Below are positions 60,952 to 64,000 of a stretch of 64,000 nt of DNA, piece after piece (position 1 is the stretch's first letter; every line of letters begins with the position of its first letter). Made by a program: the position numbers and the translations under genes. Below the pieces are notes generated by a model. The model did no database searches and was not told where the DNA came from. It saw only the letters and a program-made list of their open reading frames with translations. The DNA is from Amphiscolops sp. MND2022 (Eukaryota), in NCBI GenBank assembly GCA_964187785.1, contig OZ076409.1:60204001-60268000 (forward strand). The letters run 5' to 3'.

Positions 60952-62678
60952 TGATGACGTTCATGGAAACTCTGTCAACAACTGTGAGGCCTGAGAAGCA
61001 GGCTGGGATGACAGACCCACCCAAACGTGAGGCCACCCTTGCGGCAACCGAACGAAAATTCAAGGAAAATGGCGGTTTTGTAGCCGATATCTGCCCTGTT
61101 TGCGATGGTTTTGGACATTTTCCCCAGCAATGCCCCAAACGGCAGGTGGTGGTCGAAGAAGTTCCAGATGTGCATGGGAAGTTGACAAGAGAGAAAGCTG
61201 CACAAATTGTTGAGAGGGCCGGCTTGGCAATTGAAAGAAAGGCGCTGAACGCTGTGCGTGTGGTAGACTGTTCTGGTTGTAACAGCGGGGTTTTCGTGAA
61301 AGCCCGAATCGAGGGAAGAGAGATGGACATTTTGTTGGACACGGGAGCTGGCGTGAACGTGGTGGACTCAAGTACAATGGAATCTCTTAGACCCCCTGAT
61401 GAGATCAAAGAGTTTCGTGGAGAGTTGCGGTCTGTAGACGGTCAACCAGTGACGACTAATGGATTAACCCGACTAAATTTGCAGCTGGGACCCTTGAAGG
61501 AGCAAGAAGAATTTGTGGTGGTTCCCCACTGCGAGCCATCCGTTATTCTAGGCTTGAACTTCGTGAAAAAGCATAGAATGATTTTTGACTTTGGGAAAGA
61601 CGAACTGTCCATACCTCCTCTGTCCTCAGAACCGTTGAAAATGAGAGTTGTTGCATCGCAATGGGGCGAAGACGGAGGAAGTTGTTACCCGCGGAGCACC
61701 AGTGACAGCCGTGAAAGCGCGGAGACTGAACATCCATGGTCGGCATCCTCCACTCAGCACTTGAGGGCTCCCGAGAGCAGGAATTCAAGATGGGAATCCG
61801 GAGAGAAACCGCCACCAAGGCGTTGGGACGCAATGATAGTGGACGCAAATGCTGATTTCCGCATGGTATCGACAACGGAGTCTAAGTACAGGTGTGATCG
61901 CAGCAGATGCTCCATCGTTACTACCCTGAAACCTCGACAGACTACACTTTTTGGCGATGATGACGTCGACGTTGAACGCGGAAACCCGAAGTACAAAGAG
62001 ATCGAGGGAGACCTATTTTCGTCCAAAGGTTGTTTGGCTCACTGTGTTTCGGCAGATTTCCACATGGGGACCGGAGTTGCCAAGCAAGTCAAAATGAGGT
62101 ATTCCACTACATATCCGAAGGACGTCAACCACAAGAAACAGCCAGTTTTTGCGCAGTGGATTGAAGGAGAACATCGCTACGTGTATCACCTGGTCACCAA
62201 ACAACGATACTTCGAGAAACCGACCTACGAATCCGTGAAAACGTCGCTGCAACAGATGAGAACCCACGCGGAGTGGTCTGGGGTCGACAGAATAAGCCTG
62301 CCAAGGATTGGCTGCGGTTTGGATCAACTGAATTGGAGTGAAATGAGACGTCTAATTAAAGACGTCTTCAAAGGGAGTGACGTAGCTATTACAGTGTATG
62401 TATGCCCTCAGCAGAACCCGACTCCCAATTGCGAGACTGACGTCGAAGAAGTTGGAAGCAGAAGGGGAGAACGCCCTTCGCCGACACCTTCCAGCTCGGG
62501 GTACATTGACGACTGGTTCGACAGGAACCAACAATGGGAACTGGGAAAGTTCAAGGAGCAAGGGTTGCGGTCTCTCCGACACGAGAGGAGCGAGAATGCA
62601 GGATTGTGGTTAGTCAAGCGCGGAGCGGCCCACCCAGATGTCACTGCACCGTACAAACGTGAGAAGATGATGGCTTAA
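60930..62678 (+). CDS. Gag C-terminus (CCHC), aspartic protease, TARG1/OARD1-like macrodomain and eroded RT/RNase H remnant
   Basis: CPVCDGFGHFPQQC (61092-61133), LLDTGA (61332-61349), ILGLNF, macrodomain 61992-62399 (GDLF...LAHCVSAD..MG.GVA...LVTK...KPTYE...PRIGCGLDQLNW...ITVY). This frame is open back to 60825. Confidence 0.9.
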   Translation: MDQMAQMMMTFMETLSTTVRPEKQAGMTDPPKREATLAATERKFKENGGFVADICPVCDGFGHFPQQCPKRQVVVEEVPDVHGKLTREKAAQIVERAGLAIERKALNAVRVVDCSGCNSGVFVKARIEGREMDILLDTGAGVNVVDSSTMESLRPPDEIKEFRGELRSVDGQPVTTNGLTRLNLQLGPLKEQEEFVVVPHCEPSVILGLNFVKKHRMIFDFGKDELSIPPLSSEPLKMRVVASQWGEDGGSCYPRSTSDSRESAETEHPWSASSTQHLRAPESRNSRWESGEKPPPRRWDAMIVDANADFRMVSTTESKYRCDRSRCSIVTTLKPRQTTLFGDDDVDVERGNPKYKEIEGDLFSSKGCLAHCVSADFHMGTGVAKQVKMRYSTTYPKDVNHKKQPVFAQWIEGEHRYVYHLVTKQRYFEKPTYESVKTSLQQMRTHAEWSGVDRISLPRIGCGLDQLNWSEMRRLIKDVFKGSDVAITVYVCPQQNPTPNCETDVEEVGSRRGERPSPTPSSSGYIDDWFDRNQQWELGKFKEQGLRSLRHERSENAGLWLVKRGAAHPDVTAPYKREKMMA

Positions 62679-63484
62679 ACAACAACTATCACTTCGGAAG
62701 ATTGACTTGTCTTTGGTTAGATATATTTGACCCGAGACTTCGATTCGGCTTGATGTCTTTATGACCCATAGTGAAACTTTCCTTAGTCTTACGTTTTTTT
62801 TGTTTTTGTTTTTTTAAATATAAATCAGGTAACGCCCCACCCGTGAACACCTGAATCCCCTTTGACGTTGTTTCGAAGCGAGCAGAAGGGAAGAAAGAAT
62901 TTTGAATTAGCAATGCTAGATATTAGAATTTTGGGAATTACAAAAAAAATGGCGCCTCGAAACAATGCCATCCCCCCCAATGCTCAAGGCAGGTTCTTGC
63001 GTATAATTTTCACGACCCAACGCGACCCGTCCCTGAGGTTTCCCCCTTACAAAGAAAATATGCCTCCCTGTTGAATTGTGACCCATGCCCCATGTTTTAA
63101 TCGCCCTGAGATACTCTTCTATCAAAGCGGTGTTCCGCCTTGACTATATATTTTTTTATTATCTACGATCAATCGACCTCCCCTCCCTAAAATGACTACC
63201 CCGAGTTAATGATGCGGTGCAAAATCAGCGTTTTGTACCTAGTGATGAATCGTAACCCCCAGATTTGCTTTGATATAGTTTTGTGCAGTATTTTTTTTGT
63301 TACATTCTTTGACCCCTGCACCCTTTTCTTTAAAGGGGGCCTAGAAGACTCGACCGAACCCTGAATCGTACTCGTTCGTAAGCATTAAAGGGGACTTTCT
63401 CAAATTAGAGGGAGAGCTATGAATACTGTATTTCAACTTTACCGAAGGAAGTCGATGATGACAGATGATGTTTATATGGATGAA

Positions 63485-63787
63485 TTAAAGTAAGAAATGT
63501 GGAGGGGTTGGCTCCCGCAGAGCACCCCAGAGTTTTTGGCGGGCAATGAGGAGACGAAGTTTTTGCACTCCCACCAGACCAATCTCCGATGTGGCGAGGT
63601 TCCTCAGGAAGATGACGAATTCTACCCAACCAGGGCTAAGGTAGTCCAGACATAACGCGCCCAATTCGCCCTCCACGGTCAGCTGGACCTCGTGATGCTC
63701 TGCAATTTCCATACGGGTGACCTCGAACACCACGCGGAAGTACTGAGACTCCCAAACTAAGTTCAGTAAGAAAGGGCCTTGTGCCAT
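63485..63787 (-). CDS. Hypothetical 100-aa antisense ORF inside the LTR element
   Basis: Good start context (AACAACATGG), GC-rich coding-like island and globular-looking composition. No recognised homology. Confidence 0.4.
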   Translation of the reverse strand: MAQGPFLLNLVWESQYFRVVFEVTRMEIAEHHEVQLTVEGELGALCLDYLSPGWVEFVIFLRNLATSEIGLVGVQKLRLLIARQKLWGALREPTPPHFLL

Positions 63788-64000
63788 GTTGTTGGTTACA
63801 GCGACGAGTTACGATTTTGAATGTTACAAAACTCCTTTTTACTGTCGACTCAGTGGATACAGGATGTCCAGATGTTTTCTAGATAAACAAAAGCTAGCGC
63901 TTCGATATGAAGGGAAAATTGCCCAACTTAGTGGTATCGGTACGTTGAGTGGGTAAAAGTTGACGGATTTCGCAAAGTAAATTTGCCGAGTAAACAAAGG

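Larger units (their letters stand above)
58058..64000 (+). mobile_element. Ty3/gypsy-type LTR retrotransposon (pol-deficient within the window) carrying a TARG1-like macrodomain; 3' end lies outside the window
   Basis: 5' LTR with TG...CA ends, then PBS, gag, CCHC knuckle and DTG protease. No 3' LTR is reached by 64000. Confidence 0.88.

Noticed and set aside
61992..62399. Host OARD1 gene
   Set aside because: It is intronless, in frame with the retroviral protease and downstream of an LTR and PBS, so it is element-borne.
63404..63430. Polypurine tract (agagggagagc) as the start of the 3' LTR
   Set aside because: The following sequence does not match the 5' LTR start TGTAGAAATTTTAG; the 3' LTR is not in the window.

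Overview
AT-rich invertebrate animal genomic DNA with spliced genes, dense repeats and one 200-N scaffold gap. The species cannot be identified from the sequence. There are two host genes on the + strand. One is a complete macoilin (MACO1/TMEM57) gene with 15 coding exons at 3629-20336, phase-consistent, 971 aa. The other is the 5' part of a Dachsous protocadherin (42709 to beyond 58003), interrupted by the gap. The most striking element is a Ty3/gypsy LTR retrotransposon inserted 54 nt after a Dachsous donor site. It has a ~1.9 kb 5' LTR (58058-59981) and a tRNA-Asn-type PBS. It encodes Gag, a CCHC knuckle and an aspartic protease fused to a TARG1/OARD1-type ADP-ribose glycohydrolase macrodomain with its catalytic residues conserved. 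RT/RNase H survive only as small putative in-frame remnants, and a 100-aa antisense ORF follows. A diverged solo LTR of the same family lies upstream of Dachsous (38478-40319, - strand). The rest is a mosaic of a 5'-truncated CR1/L2-type LINE, at least three Helentron-derived (HINE/DINE-1-like) families (two carrying ~172-185 bp tandem arrays), MITEs of MULE-, CMC- and piggyBac-like type, tRNA-derived heads, CORE-like SINE pieces and a hAT transposase relic.
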